A stretch of 64,000 nucleotides of DNA from an uncultured Verrucomicrobiota bacterium (lineage in GTDB: Bacteria > Verrucomicrobiota > Kiritimatiellia > CAIKKV01 > CAITUY01). A model generated the notes under the pieces. The model was given only the letters and a program-made list of their open reading frames with translations, made no database searches and was not told the DNA's origin. The number at the start of each line of letters is the position of its first letter. Position 1 is the stretch's first letter. The stretch spans positions 3,940-67,939 of the forward strand of contig CAZHRU010000003.1 of the NCBI GenBank assembly GCA_964535015.1, in the 5' to 3' direction. Below are positions 46,820 to 57,250 of this stretch, piece by piece. The translations under genes and the position numbers were made by a program.

Positions 46820-48184
46820 TCAATCCAGCATTGTGTAACCGGTTTCACGGTGATCCGTGAGATCCAGGCCGATCCGCTCGGATTGTTCGGTGGCGCGCAG
46901 GCCGATCGTCTTATCCACGAGTTTCAGCAGGACAAAACTGGCCACGGCGGAATATGCCACGGTGACGGCGACGGCCTTGAGTTGGATCAGGAACTGGCCG
47001 GGGTTTCCGTAGAACAGGCCGTTGGCGCCCGCGCTATTGACGGTGGTGGTTGCCCACAACCCGGTGGCTAGGGCGCCCCAGATTCCGCCCACGCAGTGGA
47101 CGCCGAAGGCATCCAGGGCGTCATCGTATCCGAGTTTCTCCTTCAGGACGCTGACGAACAGGTAGCAGATGACGCCTGCGCCGATGCCGATGCCGATGGC
47201 ACCGCCGACGTTGACGAAGCCCGCGGCGGGGGTAATGGCAACCAGGCCGGCCACCGCGCCGGAGATCATGCCCAGCATGGTCATGCGCCGGTTGAACGCC
47301 ACATCCATCAGTGCCCAGGCCAGACCCGCCACGGCGGAAGCCACATGCGTCACCACGAAGGCATTGCCCGCCAAGCCATTGGCGCCGAGCGCGCTTCCGG
47401 CGTTGAACCCGTACCAGCCGAACCACAGCAGGGATGCGCCCATGACGGCGAACGGCAGGTTATGGGGCGGCGAGATTTTGTGGGGGTGCCCCAGGCGGCG
47501 TCCCAGCACCAGGGCGGCGACCAGGGCCGCGATACCGGCGTTGATATGGACCACGGTGCCGCCGGCAAAGTCCAGTGCGCCCATTTTACGGAGGAATCCG
47601 CCGACGCCCCACACCCAGTGGCACACGGGGTCATAGACGAGGGTGGACCAGAGCACCATGAAGACGGCGAAGGCGGCGAACTTCATACGTTCGGCAAAGG
47701 CGCCGATGATCAGGCCGGGAGTGATGACGGCAAACATCATTTGAAAGACCATGAAGACCTGGTGCGGTATGGTGCCGGCGTAGTCGGCATTGGGTTCCAT
47801 TCCCACCATCTTCAGCATCGCCCAATCCAGATTGCCGATTACTCCCTTGATGTCAGGGCCGAACGAGAGACTATACCCGAACAGTACCCATTGCAGGCTG
47901 ACGGCGCACATCAGGAAGAAGCACTGCATCAGGATCGAGAGCACGTTCTTCTTTCTAACCAGGCCCCCGTAGAACAGGGCGAGGCCCGGGATGGTCATCA
48001 GCATCACCAGAGCGGTGCTGACGAGGACCCAGGCGGTATCGCCCGAGTTCACGGCGGAGGCGACAACTGCAACCGGCGCCGCCGTTGTTGCGGCGGTCTC
48101 ATCCGCCAGAGCGGCGCTTGTGCCCGCCAGTGCCAATCCCGTTCCCATTAGTAACGTCATCCATCCTCTCGTTTTCACCTTCAT
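46820..48184 (-). CDS. amtB: Ammonium transporter
   Basis: PGLALFYGG, FQMMFA, DFAGGTVVH, WFGWYGFNAGS, DDALDAFGVH. Confidence 0.96.
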   Translation of the reverse strand: MKVKTRGWMTLLMGTGLALAGTSAALADETAATTAAPVAVVASAVNSGDTAWVLVSTALVMLMTIPGLALFYGGLVRKKNVLSILMQCFFLMCAVSLQWVLFGYSLSFGPDIKGVIGNLDWAMLKMVGMEPNADYAGTIPHQVFMVFQMMFAVITPGLIIGAFAERMKFAAFAVFMVLWSTLVYDPVCHWVWGVGGFLRKMGALDFAGGTVVHINAGIAALVAALVLGRRLGHPHKISPPHNLPFAVMGASLLWFGWYGFNAGSALGANGLAGNAFVVTHVASAVAGLAWALMDVAFNRRMTMLGMISGAVAGLVAITPAAGFVNVGGAIGIGIGAGVICYLFVSVLKEKLGYDDALDAFGVHCVGGIWGALATGLWATTTVNSAGANGLFYGNPGQFLIQLKAVAVTVAYSAVASFVLLKLVDKTIGLRATEQSERIGLDLTDHRETGYTMLD

Positions 48185-48244
48185 TCCTCCTTCTTCTGTT
48201 GAGCTTCTCATTGTGTGACTCCAACCATTGTTGTCTGGGTCTAT

Positions 48245-48260
48245 ATCATGATGTGTGCCA
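48245..48260 (-). promoter_or_regulatory. Possible sigma-54 promoter of amtB (non-consensus -12)
   Basis: Minus strand reads TGGCAC-ACATC-ATGAT: a perfect -24 element, with GA instead of GC at -12. Confidence 0.4.
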
Positions 48261-48481
48261 ACCCTTGTCCTGTGCAGGTGTCGCAAGTCGCAAGTGGCTT
48301 GTGAGAAATGACATACAGATAATATTATTGTGGGGCGCCAGGCGGGTCGCTTGAATTACTATGATTCAATTATGTAGGTGAGATTGGCAAACATACAGAA
48401 CTGTAACTCATTTACCTGTATCGAACACGGTGAAGGTTTGCATGGATTTCTCTCCTGGGGCAGACCGTGCTGAACATGTCA

Positions 48482-48658
48482 GGGATGCCGTGGATGTTCA
48501 CCGTTTGCCTCCACCGGCGCAAGGCCGGTGGGCGGCGAAGTCACGGGGATGCCGGTGGGCGGCGAAGTCACGGGGATGCCGGTGGGCGGCGAAGTCACGG
48601 GGATGCCGTGGACGTTCAACGTTTGCCTCCACCGGCGCAAGGCCGGTGGGCGGCGAAG
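48482..48658. repeat. Compound repeat: three tandem 27-bp units flanked by two ~59-bp direct repeats
   Basis: GCCGGTGGGCGGCGAAGTCACGGGGAT starts at 48524, 48551 and 48578. The segment 48482-48540 recurs at 48600-48658 with two mismatches. Confidence 0.9.
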
Positions 48659-48724
48659 GCATCTGGGCAGGTGTGGGGTGGTTTGGATTGCAAAGAGGTG
48701 TTGACGGGCATGGCGAAAAAGATT

Positions 48725-48746
48725 AATGAGTAAGCACTTACTTATT
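48725..48746. promoter_or_regulatory. Putative TetR operator
   Basis: AATGAGTAAG-CA-CTTACTTATT near-perfect palindrome, downstream of TTGACG and just before the TetR gene. Confidence 0.7.
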
Positions 48747-48766
48747 CAGGAGAGAGGGGTTTCAGA

Positions 48767-49423
48767 GTGGCCAGGCCGATTTCCATCCAGACCGACGTGA
48801 TCCTGAGAGCCGCCCGCACGATGTTCATGCGGGATGGATACCGGGCCAGTACCGCCCGGATTGCCCGGGAGGCCGGGGTTTCGGAGGGGTCGGTCTTCAA
48901 GCATTTCAAAAGCAAGGCCAACCTGTTCCTGACGGCGATGGAAGTGGAGGCGGGTGATCCGGCGTGGGAGACGCATCTGCTGGAGGGCGCCGGGCGTGTG
49001 GACCCGCAGGAGGCGCTTGAATCGGCCGGGTTGCAGCTTCTCAAGCAATTGCGGCTGACGTTGCCGCGGTTGATGATGGTCAACGCGAGCGGGGTGACGA
49101 TCCCGAATCACCATGTGCCCGGTGAGCGACCCTGTCCGCTCCAGAAGATGGATGTGTTGCGCCGGTATTTCACGGCCGAAGTCCGTTGCGGGCGGCTGGC
49201 GATGGACTCTCCCCAGATCCAGGCGCATTTGTTTATCGGGGCGTTGGCGCATTACGCCTGGTGCGAGACGTTGTTCGGGCACCGGTCGGGTTCCCCGGCG
49301 TCGTATGTGCGGGGGCTCGTGGATACGATTTTGAGGGCGACTCGGGCGCCGTTGAGCGGGCGCAAGGGGCCGCGGTTGTCCTGTGGAACGATGCAAGGAA
49401 AGAAGACAAGAGGGATCAAGTGA
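48767..49423 (+). CDS. TetR/AcrR-family regulator
   Basis: ILRAA..F...GY..ST..IA.EAGVSEG.VF.HFKSK HTH. Confidence 0.92.
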   Translation: MARPISIQTDVILRAARTMFMRDGYRASTARIAREAGVSEGSVFKHFKSKANLFLTAMEVEAGDPAWETHLLEGAGRVDPQEALESAGLQLLKQLRLTLPRLMMVNASGVTIPNHHVPGERPCPLQKMDVLRRYFTAEVRCGRLAMDSPQIQAHLFIGALAHYAWCETLFGHRSGSPASYVRGLVDTILRATRAPLSGRKGPRLSCGTMQGKKTRGIK

Positions 49424-50871
49424 TGAAAGCAACTCGTGTTCATATCCTGTTGGCGTCCAGTCTGGCCTTCTGGGTGGCCGGGTGTGTGCAGGTGCCGCCG
49501 CCTGCCTCGCGGGTCGAGGTTTGGACGCCGCCGGACGACGCGCGCCAATCGGACGTGTCGTGGCGTGAAGTCCGCGCCCAGGCGGTTCCCGATCTGGACA
49601 AGCCGCTGTCGCTGTACAGTCTGGCCGCTCTTGCCTTGGAGAACAACCCGGCCACCCGCAAGGCGTGGAATGAGGCGCGGGCGGCTTCCGAGCAGGTCCG
49701 TTATGCCGAGGGCTACTTCATGCCTAGCGTGACCGCAGTGGCCGGGCTCACGCGGGTGAATGTTGCCGCCCATCCGGAGAGTTATGATGAGAACAAGATG
49801 ACCTATGGGCCGGGGCTTCAGTTAAATTACCTGGTCTGCAACTTCGGGGGCGGGCGGAATGCCGCCGTGGAGCAGGCGTTGCAGACGGTCTATGCCGCCA
49901 ACTTCGCCTTCAATCGCGCCATCCAGGACACGTTGTTGGGGGTGGAGATCGCCTATTACGGTGTGATCAGTGCGCAGGCGGGGGTGGAGGCGGCGGCCAC
50001 GAATGCCTTGGATGCCAAGGCGATCCTGGCGGCGGCCACCGACCGGCGTGATGCGGGGTTGGGAATTGATCTGGAGGTTCTGCAGGCGCAAGCGGTGTAC
50101 GACCAAGCGCTCTATGCCCTGGTAGCGGCAGAGGGGCAGAGGAAGATTGCGCAGGGACTGTTGGCGCAGGCCGTGCACCTGCCGGCCGATACGTCAATCC
50201 CGCTCGCCCCGCCTGAGGGGGACATGCCGGCCTCGCTCTCCGGGCGTGATATTCGGGGGCTGATTGACGCGGCGCTGGCGCGCCGGCCGGACCTGGCGGC
50301 GTTGCGGGCGACCCTGGCGTCGCGGGAGGCCTCCGTCCGGGTGGGCCGCGCATCGCGGTGGCCGTCGCTTTATCTCAACGGGGCGGTGATGCGTGACTAC
50401 TATGAACTTTACGGGGCGAGCAACCGTGGTGTGGCCTCGGATGATTGGTCGTACACGGGCGGGGCAAGTTTGAAGTGGAATCTCTTTGACGGGTTCCAGA
50501 CCCTGAGTTCCGTGCGCACAGCCGAGGCGCAGGCCGAGGCCGCGCGGGCACAACTCCGGCAGGCGGAACTGGCGGCTGGCTCCGAGGTGTGGGCCAGGTT
50601 CCACAACTACGAGACGGCCCTCCGCAAGTATGAATCCAGTCTCGTCGTCCTGAAGAGTGCGATGGCGGCGCGGGAATTGTCCCTTGAGAGTTACAAGTCC
50701 GGTGTCAAGACACTGCTCGATCTGCTGAATGCCGAGACCCAGTTATCGCAAGCCCGCAGTCAGCAGGTGGCGGTGCGGCAGGAGGTCTTCTCGGCCTTGG
50801 CCTATTTGACCCATGTGACGGGACTCACGGAAAAGGGTCATCACGGGATTGCTCAACCGCAACAACAGTGA
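49423..50871 (+). CDS. TolC-family outer-membrane efflux lipoprotein
   Basis: Lipobox VAGC, ALENNP, RRPDL, and YKSGVKTLLDLLNA. Confidence 0.9.
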   Translation: MKATRVHILLASSLAFWVAGCVQVPPPASRVEVWTPPDDARQSDVSWREVRAQAVPDLDKPLSLYSLAALALENNPATRKAWNEARAASEQVRYAEGYFMPSVTAVAGLTRVNVAAHPESYDENKMTYGPGLQLNYLVCNFGGGRNAAVEQALQTVYAANFAFNRAIQDTLLGVEIAYYGVISAQAGVEAAATNALDAKAILAAATDRRDAGLGIDLEVLQAQAVYDQALYALVAAEGQRKIAQGLLAQAVHLPADTSIPLAPPEGDMPASLSGRDIRGLIDAALARRPDLAALRATLASREASVRVGRASRWPSLYLNGAVMRDYYELYGASNRGVASDDWSYTGGASLKWNLFDGFQTLSSVRTAEAQAEAARAQLRQAELAAGSEVWARFHNYETALRKYESSLVVLKSAMAARELSLESYKSGVKTLLDLLNAETQLSQARSQQVAVRQEVFSALAYLTHVTGLTEKGHHGIAQPQQQ

Positions 50872-50897
50872 CTTTGCAGAGAAAGGGAAATCAAAGG

Positions 50898-52031
50898 ATG
50901 AAAACCAAACTTCACGGATCGGTAGTTGTAGTCGCCGCCACGGTGTTGGCGATGGCACTGTGTGCCTGTGGTAAGAAACAAGCCGCCGCTTTCCAGCCGC
51001 CGCCGGCGATGGTGAGTATGGCGACAGCGGTCCAGGCGGATACTCCTGTTGTCATCGCGGCCTATGGAACGATCCAGGATCGGGAAAGCGTGGACGTGGT
51101 CCCCCAGGTGTCGGGGATTCTGCTGTCCATCCTGGTACAGGAAGGGGCGGTGGTGACCAACGGTCAGCCGCTTTTCCAGATTGATCCGCGCGACTATCAG
51201 GTTCGAGTGGAGCAGGCGGAAAGCATGGTGGCGATTGACCGGGCGAACCTTGACCAGGGGCGTGCCACGTTACAGCGCAACCAAGGACTGCTGGAGAAGC
51301 GTCTGATTGCGCCGGACACCTTTGACAACATCAAGACCAAGGTGGCGGCGTTGGAGTCGCAACTGAGGATGGATGAGGCGGGGTTGGCGCAGGCCCGGCT
51401 CAATCTCGCCCGCTGCACCATTTCCGCCCCAATCGGCGGTGTCTGTTCCAAGCGGTATGTTGACGCGGGGAATCTGGTGGCCGCCGGAATGTCCCGTCTG
51501 ATCAACGTCCGCAGTTACGATCCCCTGCGCCTCGAGTGTTCGGTCTCCGAGCAGTACTTGCCGGCGCTTCGGAGTGCCTTGTCAGCGGGGGCGCTGGCCG
51601 TATCGGTGACGGCCCGTGGCGATACCAATGTCTACTGGGGCACGGTGTCGTTCATGGACAATGCGGTGAATCCGGTGGCTGGAACCATCCTGTTGCGGGG
51701 CGAGATTCCGAATCCGGCCCTGAACCTATGGGCCAACCAGTTTGTGAACGTTCAGATTACGGTGGCGTCCGTTCCAGGCGCCATCCTGGTCCCGGAGAGC
51801 GCTGTGCAACTGGGCAAGCGGGGCCCCTATCTCTATGTGGTGGGCGCGGATCAAAAGGCTGTAATACGACCGGTCAAGACCGGGGTTCGGCGGAACGACT
51901 GGATTCAGATCACCGAGGGAGTGGCTGCTGGCGAAACGGTGGTTTCGCTGGGGCAGATCAAGTTGTATCCGGGGGTGACGGTTGTGGATCCGGCCAAGAT
52001 GCCGCCGGCGGCTGGTCTTAAGCCCCATTGA
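50898..52031 (+). CDS. RND efflux periplasmic adaptor (MdtA-like)
   Basis: PQVSG, GQPLFQIDPR, ISAPIGG, DNAVN...GTI. Confidence 0.92.
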   Translation: MKTKLHGSVVVVAATVLAMALCACGKKQAAAFQPPPAMVSMATAVQADTPVVIAAYGTIQDRESVDVVPQVSGILLSILVQEGAVVTNGQPLFQIDPRDYQVRVEQAESMVAIDRANLDQGRATLQRNQGLLEKRLIAPDTFDNIKTKVAALESQLRMDEAGLAQARLNLARCTISAPIGGVCSKRYVDAGNLVAAGMSRLINVRSYDPLRLECSVSEQYLPALRSALSAGALAVSVTARGDTNVYWGTVSFMDNAVNPVAGTILLRGEIPNPALNLWANQFVNVQITVASVPGAILVPESAVQLGKRGPYLYVVGADQKAVIRPVKTGVRRNDWIQITEGVAAGETVVSLGQIKLYPGVTVVDPAKMPPAAGLKPH

Positions 52032-52057
52032 AGTACGAGGGAATCACGGAGGTTGCA

Positions 52058-55000
52058 ATGACGTTTTCAGAAGTATTCATCCGGCGGCCAGTCATGACAA
52101 TTCTGGTCACCGTTCTCATGGTGGTTGGCGGGGTCTGGGCTTATTTACGGCTTCCAGTCAACAGTCTGCCGACGGTGGACTATCCCGTGATTCAGGTGAC
52201 GGTTGCCTATCCTGGTGCCAGTCCGGCCACGATGGCCTCGGCGGTGGCCACGCCGCTTGAAAATGAATTCACGCAGATCAACGGGCTACAGTTCATGTAT
52301 TCGGACAACAAGCAGGGGGTCAGCACCATTACGCTGACCTTCAGTTTGAGCCGCAACGTGGATCTGGTGGCGCCGGATGTCCAGGCGGCTATCACGCGGG
52401 CGGCGCGTAACCTGCCCACCGATCTGCCGAGTCCGCCCATCTACAAGAAGTTCAACCCGTCGGATTCGCCGATTTTCTACCTGATGGTCTATTCCGAGAC
52501 CATGCCCCACGGCGAACTCTATGACTACGCCAACCAGGTGGTGGCGCGGAAACTCAGTATGGTCGAAGGGGTGTCGAAGGTGGAGGTGTTTGGTTCCAAG
52601 CGTGCCGTGCGCATCCAGTTCAGTCCCGAGAAACTGGCCGCCTACCAGATTGGCGTGGACGAGTTGGCCCTGGCGCTCCAGGCGGGGACGGTCAACATTC
52701 CCGGCGGCAGTTTGAACGGCGCGTCGCGCACCTACACCATCGAGCCGCAGGGGCAACTCCGCACCGCCCGCGAATTTGAAAACCTGGTCGTTGCCTCGCG
52801 TCTGGGCGCGCCGGTCCGGTTGCGGGATGTCGCCACGTGCGTTGACAGCATTGGCAACGAGTTGGTGAACATCCGGTTCAGTCCGCCGGGCCGCCCGGAC
52901 TATGAAAAATGCGTGGTAATGCCTGTGTCGCGCGTGAGCGGGGCGAATACGGTGGCGGTGGCGGACCGGGTGGTCAAGGCGCTGGAAGAGGCCAGGCGAG
53001 AACTGCCTTCCATGGTTCAACTGGAGATCATGTTCAACGGCGCCGATCCCATCCGTGAATCACTCCATGATGTTCAGGTCACGGTTATCATCGCGCTGGT
53101 CATGGTGGTGCTGGTGATCTTCTTCTTCCTGGGGCGTGTTCGCGAGACCATCATTCCGGCTATTGTCCTGCCGATTTCCCTGTTGGGAACCTTTGCCATG
53201 ATGCTGCCGGTGGGGTTCAATCTTGATACCCTTTCGCTGATGGGCATCATCCTGGCCGTGGGGTTCCTGGTGGATGACGCCATTGTGGTGCTGGAGAACA
53301 CGGTGCGCCATCTTGAGGAAGGCCTGAAGCCCATCCCCGCGGCGCTGAAGAGCATGAAGGAAATCTCGTTCACCGTGATTTCCACGAGTGCGGCGCTGGT
53401 CATTGTGTTCCTGCCGCTGGTGTTCATGACGGGGGCGGTGGGGCGGAACCTGAGGGAATTCGCCTTGACGGTCATTTTCGCTGTCATTGTTTCCACCGTT
53501 CTGGCGCTGACGTTGTCGCCCATGATGTGTGCGCGTATCCTGCACCGCGCCAAGGATCCGAACCGGATCCAGCGTTCCATCACCGGGTTTATTGCGGGGA
53601 TGGTGCGGATATACGGGCGTGCGCTCCATTTCCAACTGCGGCACAAGTGGTTGGCCCTGGTGGCCTGGTTGCTTTGCATCGTGGGGGCCGTCGTGTTGTA
53701 CTTCAAGATACCCGGGGACTTCCTGCCGCCGGGGGATAGCAGTTTCATCATGGGTCCGATGCTCATGCCCCAGGGTGCTTCCACTGAGCAGATGCAAGCC
53801 TACCAGGCCAAGGTGACGGCGCTGATCAAGCAGGATCCCAACGTCACTAAACTCGGGAGCGTCACGGGATTCATGCCCGGGTCGGACCAGAGTCTGGGGT
53901 TTGTGTTCATCCGGCTGAAACCCCCGAAGGGTCGGCCGCCGATTGATCAGATTGCCATGAAACTCATGATGCAGTTGATGGCGATTCCGGATGGTTTCTG
54001 TGCCCTGCGTCCGGCGCCGGTGCTCAAGATCAGTTCGGGAGGCGATCCGACGGCGGTTGGCAGTGACTACGCGTACTTGCTCAAGGGGTTGGACCGCGAG
54101 ACGGTCTATTCGACGGCCCTGCAGTTGCAGAGGGAGATGAGTACCATAGGCCTTTTGAATCCGATGACCATCCAGAACAGTGTCAAGTTGGGGATGCCGA
54201 TGCTCAACGTCGCGCTTGACCGGGACCGGGCCTCGGCGTTGGGGATCACGGCCGGTTCCATTGAGCGGGCACTGGCGCTGGCGTTTGCGGGGGGGTATGT
54301 GGCCCAGTTCACGACCGACCAGGACCAGTACCAGGTCATACCGGAAATCCAGAAGTCCAGCCAGCGGTTGCCGGATGATTTGGCGTTGCTCTATTTGCGG
54401 TCCGCCCAGGGGGGATTGGTTCCCATGAAGTCCATTATTCAGTGGCGTGAGACGGCGGGGCCCCAGAGTGTTCCGCATGCGCAGCAGCATGATGCCGCTG
54501 TTATTTCGTTCAGTGCGTGGCCGGGGATTCCGCTGGGGGTGGTGCTCGGGGAAGTGGAGAAGAAGATAGCGTCCGTTCTGCCGCCGACGGTACACGGGGA
54601 GTTCATTGGCGACGCCCTGGAATTCCGGAAATCCATTGCGAGTCTGGGGTTGTTGCTGTTGATCGCCATCTTCCTCAAATACATCATTCTCGGGATTCTC
54701 TATGAGAGTTACATTCATCCTATCACGATTCTCACGACCCTGCCGGTGGCTCTATTTGGCGGGTTCCTGACGCTTTTCATCTTTGGCAGTACGTTGTCGC
54801 TCTATGCCTACATCGGGGTATTCGTGCTGTTGGGGTTGATCACCAAGAACGGGATTCTGATGGTGGACTTTGCGTTGCAGAGGAAGGCCGAGGGCATGAA
54901 CAGTTACGACGCCATTCACAGTGCCTGTGTGGTCCGGTTCCGTCCGATTCTCATGACGGGGTTATGCGCCATTCTGGGGGCGGTGCCGATTGCCTTCGGG

Positions 55001-55159
55001 TATGGGGCGGATGCGTCCAGCCGGGTTCCGCTTGGACTGGTGGTGATGGGCGGGATGATTTTCGCGCAGGTGATTACGTTGTTTGTAACGCCCGGGATTT
55101 ATCTCTACATGGAGAAAATCCAGGAACGCCTGTTCAAGGCGAGGACGGATCTGGAGTAG
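52058..55159 (+). CDS. RND efflux permease (MdtB/C-like)
   Basis: FIRRPV, YPGASP, GFLVDDAIVVLEN, KNGILMVDFA, RFRPILMT. Confidence 0.95.
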   Translation: MTFSEVFIRRPVMTILVTVLMVVGGVWAYLRLPVNSLPTVDYPVIQVTVAYPGASPATMASAVATPLENEFTQINGLQFMYSDNKQGVSTITLTFSLSRNVDLVAPDVQAAITRAARNLPTDLPSPPIYKKFNPSDSPIFYLMVYSETMPHGELYDYANQVVARKLSMVEGVSKVEVFGSKRAVRIQFSPEKLAAYQIGVDELALALQAGTVNIPGGSLNGASRTYTIEPQGQLRTAREFENLVVASRLGAPVRLRDVATCVDSIGNELVNIRFSPPGRPDYEKCVVMPVSRVSGANTVAVADRVVKALEEARRELPSMVQLEIMFNGADPIRESLHDVQVTVIIALVMVVLVIFFFLGRVRETIIPAIVLPISLLGTFAMMLPVGFNLDTLSLMGIILAVGFLVDDAIVVLENTVRHLEEGLKPIPAALKSMKEISFTVISTSAALVIVFLPLVFMTGAVGRNLREFALTVIFAVIVSTVLALTLSPMMCARILHRAKDPNRIQRSITGFIAGMVRIYGRALHFQLRHKWLALVAWLLCIVGAVVLYFKIPGDFLPPGDSSFIMGPMLMPQGASTEQMQAYQAKVTALIKQDPNVTKLGSVTGFMPGSDQSLGFVFIRLKPPKGRPPIDQIAMKLMMQLMAIPDGFCALRPAPVLKISSGGDPTAVGSDYAYLLKGLDRETVYSTALQLQREMSTIGLLNPMTIQNSVKLGMPMLNVALDRDRASALGITAGSIERALALAFAGGYVAQFTTDQDQYQVIPEIQKSSQRLPDDLALLYLRSAQGGLVPMKSIIQWRETAGPQSVPHAQQHDAAVISFSAWPGIPLGVVLGEVEKKIASVLPPTVHGEFIGDALEFRKSIASLGLLLLIAIFLKYIILGILYESYIHPITILTTLPVALFGGFLTLFIFGSTLSLYAYIGVFVLLGLITKNGILMVDFALQRKAEGMNSYDAIHSACVVRFRPILMTGLCAILGAVPIAFGYGADASSRVPLGLVVMGGMIFAQVITLFVTPGIYLYMEKIQERLFKARTDLE

Positions 55160-56645
55160 CCCCGAGGTAGATCACTGCACTGAGAAGAACCAGATATCCG
55201 GCGCAATAGACGATGGTGGTTCTCAGGATTTCGTTTTGGCGGGATTCCACGCCGGCGATTGAGGCGCCCACCGAGATGCTTTGCGGGGAGATCATCTTGC
55301 CGGCGGTGGCACCCGAGGTGTTGGCGGCGGAAAGCCATGCGGGGTCGTAGCCTGTGTTGATGGCGGTTTGCTTCTGTAATGACCCCAGCAGGATGTTGGA
55401 CGAGGTGTCGCTGCCGGTCACAAAGGTTCCGATGGCGCCGAGCCACGGTGAGAGGAGGGGGAAATACCCGCCCACGGTGGATGCGAGCATTTTGGCGACG
55501 GAGGCGATCATGCCCGAGGCGGTCATGATCTTGGCCAGGATCAGGATCGAGATGACGACCACGGCGGTGCGCCGGAGTTTTGCGGCGGCCTGACCGACAA
55601 GGTGCAGGGATCGTTTGAAGGTCAGGCCGCCCGCAAGGGTGCCGATGAAGCCGGAAAGCATCAGGAGCGTTCCCGGCGAGGTGAGCAGATCCAGGGGGAC
55701 AGTGTGGCCGTTGCCGCCCAGTGACAGGACGAAAGGGGGCTTTTGGAGGATTTTGAGGGGGGTGAGGCGGGTGGCCAGGACCATAACGAGAAGGCAGATG
55801 AAGGGGAGAGAGGCGGTGAACAGGGAAGGTTCGCCGGGTTCGCGCGGAGTAACGGGCGTATTCTGCCTGAGGCAGTGACTGTAGGCGACATAAGCGAACA
55901 GGGAGATGAGGGATCCGCCGACGGCCACCAGTTCGGGGCCGGAGAACCAGGCGATGAGCAGTTGTGTTGTTGAGAAGACAACGCCGATAAACAGGGCTTC
56001 GAGCAGGGAGCGACGGGATCCGCGCCAGCCGCCGTTCGCCATGAGGACCAGGACGGATGGGATCAGGACGGCGAAGAGTGCCAATTGAACGGCCGTATGC
56101 CGGGTCAGGGTGGTGATGTCCAGTCCAGTTGCGTTGGCCAGGGCGAACATCGGGATGCCCAGGCCGCCAAAGGCGACGGGGACGGAATTGGCCACGAGGC
56201 AGATCACGGTGGCCCGAACGGGTTTGATGCCAAGGACAATCAGCATGCCAGCGGGGACGGCGACGGCGGAACCGAAGCCAGCCACGGATTCGAGGAATCC
56301 GCCCAGGCAGAAGGCGATCAGGACGACTTGGACGGGTCGGTCGGGTGTGACGGCCGTGATGAAGCGGCGGAACGTGTTGATGGCCTTGGTTTCCGTGCAG
56401 GCCAGGAAGACGAAGATGGCGGCGAGGATCACCCACAGGATGGGAACCACGGCGGTGACGGTTCCTTCGAAAGCGGCCCAACCGAGGAGGGGGAGGGAGG
56501 CGTTCCAACCGGACCAGGCGAGCAGGGCGGTCGCGGTGGCGGCCAACAGGGCGACAGCGTGGGCGGGACGTCTCGTGAAGCCCAGTCCGATGAAGAGCAA
56601 GACCAACGGGACCAACCCAACGAATCCTGAAGATAGATCAGTCAT
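55134..56645 (-). CDS. lctP: L-lactate permease family transporter
   Basis: FLESVAGFG, ANSVPVAFGGLG, GTFVTGSDTSSN, GKMISPQSI. Confidence 0.88.
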   Translation of the reverse strand: MTDLSSGFVGLVPLVLLFIGLGFTRRPAHAVALLAATATALLAWSGWNASLPLLGWAAFEGTVTAVVPILWVILAAIFVFLACTETKAINTFRRFITAVTPDRPVQVVLIAFCLGGFLESVAGFGSAVAVPAGMLIVLGIKPVRATVICLVANSVPVAFGGLGIPMFALANATGLDITTLTRHTAVQLALFAVLIPSVLVLMANGGWRGSRRSLLEALFIGVVFSTTQLLIAWFSGPELVAVGGSLISLFAYVAYSHCLRQNTPVTPREPGEPSLFTASLPFICLLVMVLATRLTPLKILQKPPFVLSLGGNGHTVPLDLLTSPGTLLMLSGFIGTLAGGLTFKRSLHLVGQAAAKLRRTAVVVISILILAKIMTASGMIASVAKMLASTVGGYFPLLSPWLGAIGTFVTGSDTSSNILLGSLQKQTAINTGYDPAWLSAANTSGATAGKMISPQSISVGASIAGVESRQNEILRTTIVYCAGYLVLLSAVIYLGATPDPSSP

Positions 56646-56850
56646 TTCGGCGTCCAAAAAGAGCGCAAGAATGTGACAGGGCGTGATGGAACGCAAGCCG
56701 CAACTGTGCGTGGATTATGGGTTGACTCAATTCGCCGCCTGCCTCATTGTTTTGGGCAAAGGGAAATTTGGATAATTGGCTGTTTCGCGGGGGAAAGGAA
56801 AAGTCACCATGCCGTTGCCGTTGTATCCTGGATCCGAGGGGCTTTCGCTA

Positions 56851-57246
56851 ATGGAATTGACGAGGCTGACGGCCATGGCGGCGGGGGCCGTGACGGGGGC
56901 GGCTGCAGGGTGGCTCTGCAAGCGCAGCATCGGACTTTCCCTGATTGCTTTCATGATTGGCATTATGGGGGGGCTGTTGATTGGGACCGGGATGGGGCGG
57001 TGGCTTTATGTGGCCGAGAACGGGATTGATTGTTACATCACGGCCGGTTTCGGGTGCCTGGTGTCAGCCGCTTTGTCCGCGCTGGCCGGATCTATTCCCA
57101 CGGCGCTGGTGATTTCAGCGGTGATTACCTTTTTGACGTTGCGGCACATGCATCCGCGGCCGCCGCGAATCCGAACGGGGCTGATGGCGGTGTGGTGCGG
57201 CGTGATCGGCGGGCTACTGACGGCGGTGTTCGTGGCGCTGGTGTAG
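56851..57246 (+). CDS. Small hypothetical membrane protein
   Basis: Four Gly-rich hydrophobic segments; start uncertain. Confidence 0.6.
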   Translation: MELTRLTAMAAGAVTGAAAGWLCKRSIGLSLIAFMIGIMGGLLIGTGMGRWLYVAENGIDCYITAGFGCLVSAALSALAGSIPTALVISAVITFLTLRHMHPRPPRIRTGLMAVWCGVIGGLLTAVFVALV

Positions 57247-57250
57247 AGGC

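Noticed and set aside
48482-48658. Possible CRISPR array
   Set aside because: The units are directly tandem with no unique spacers, and there are no cas genes.
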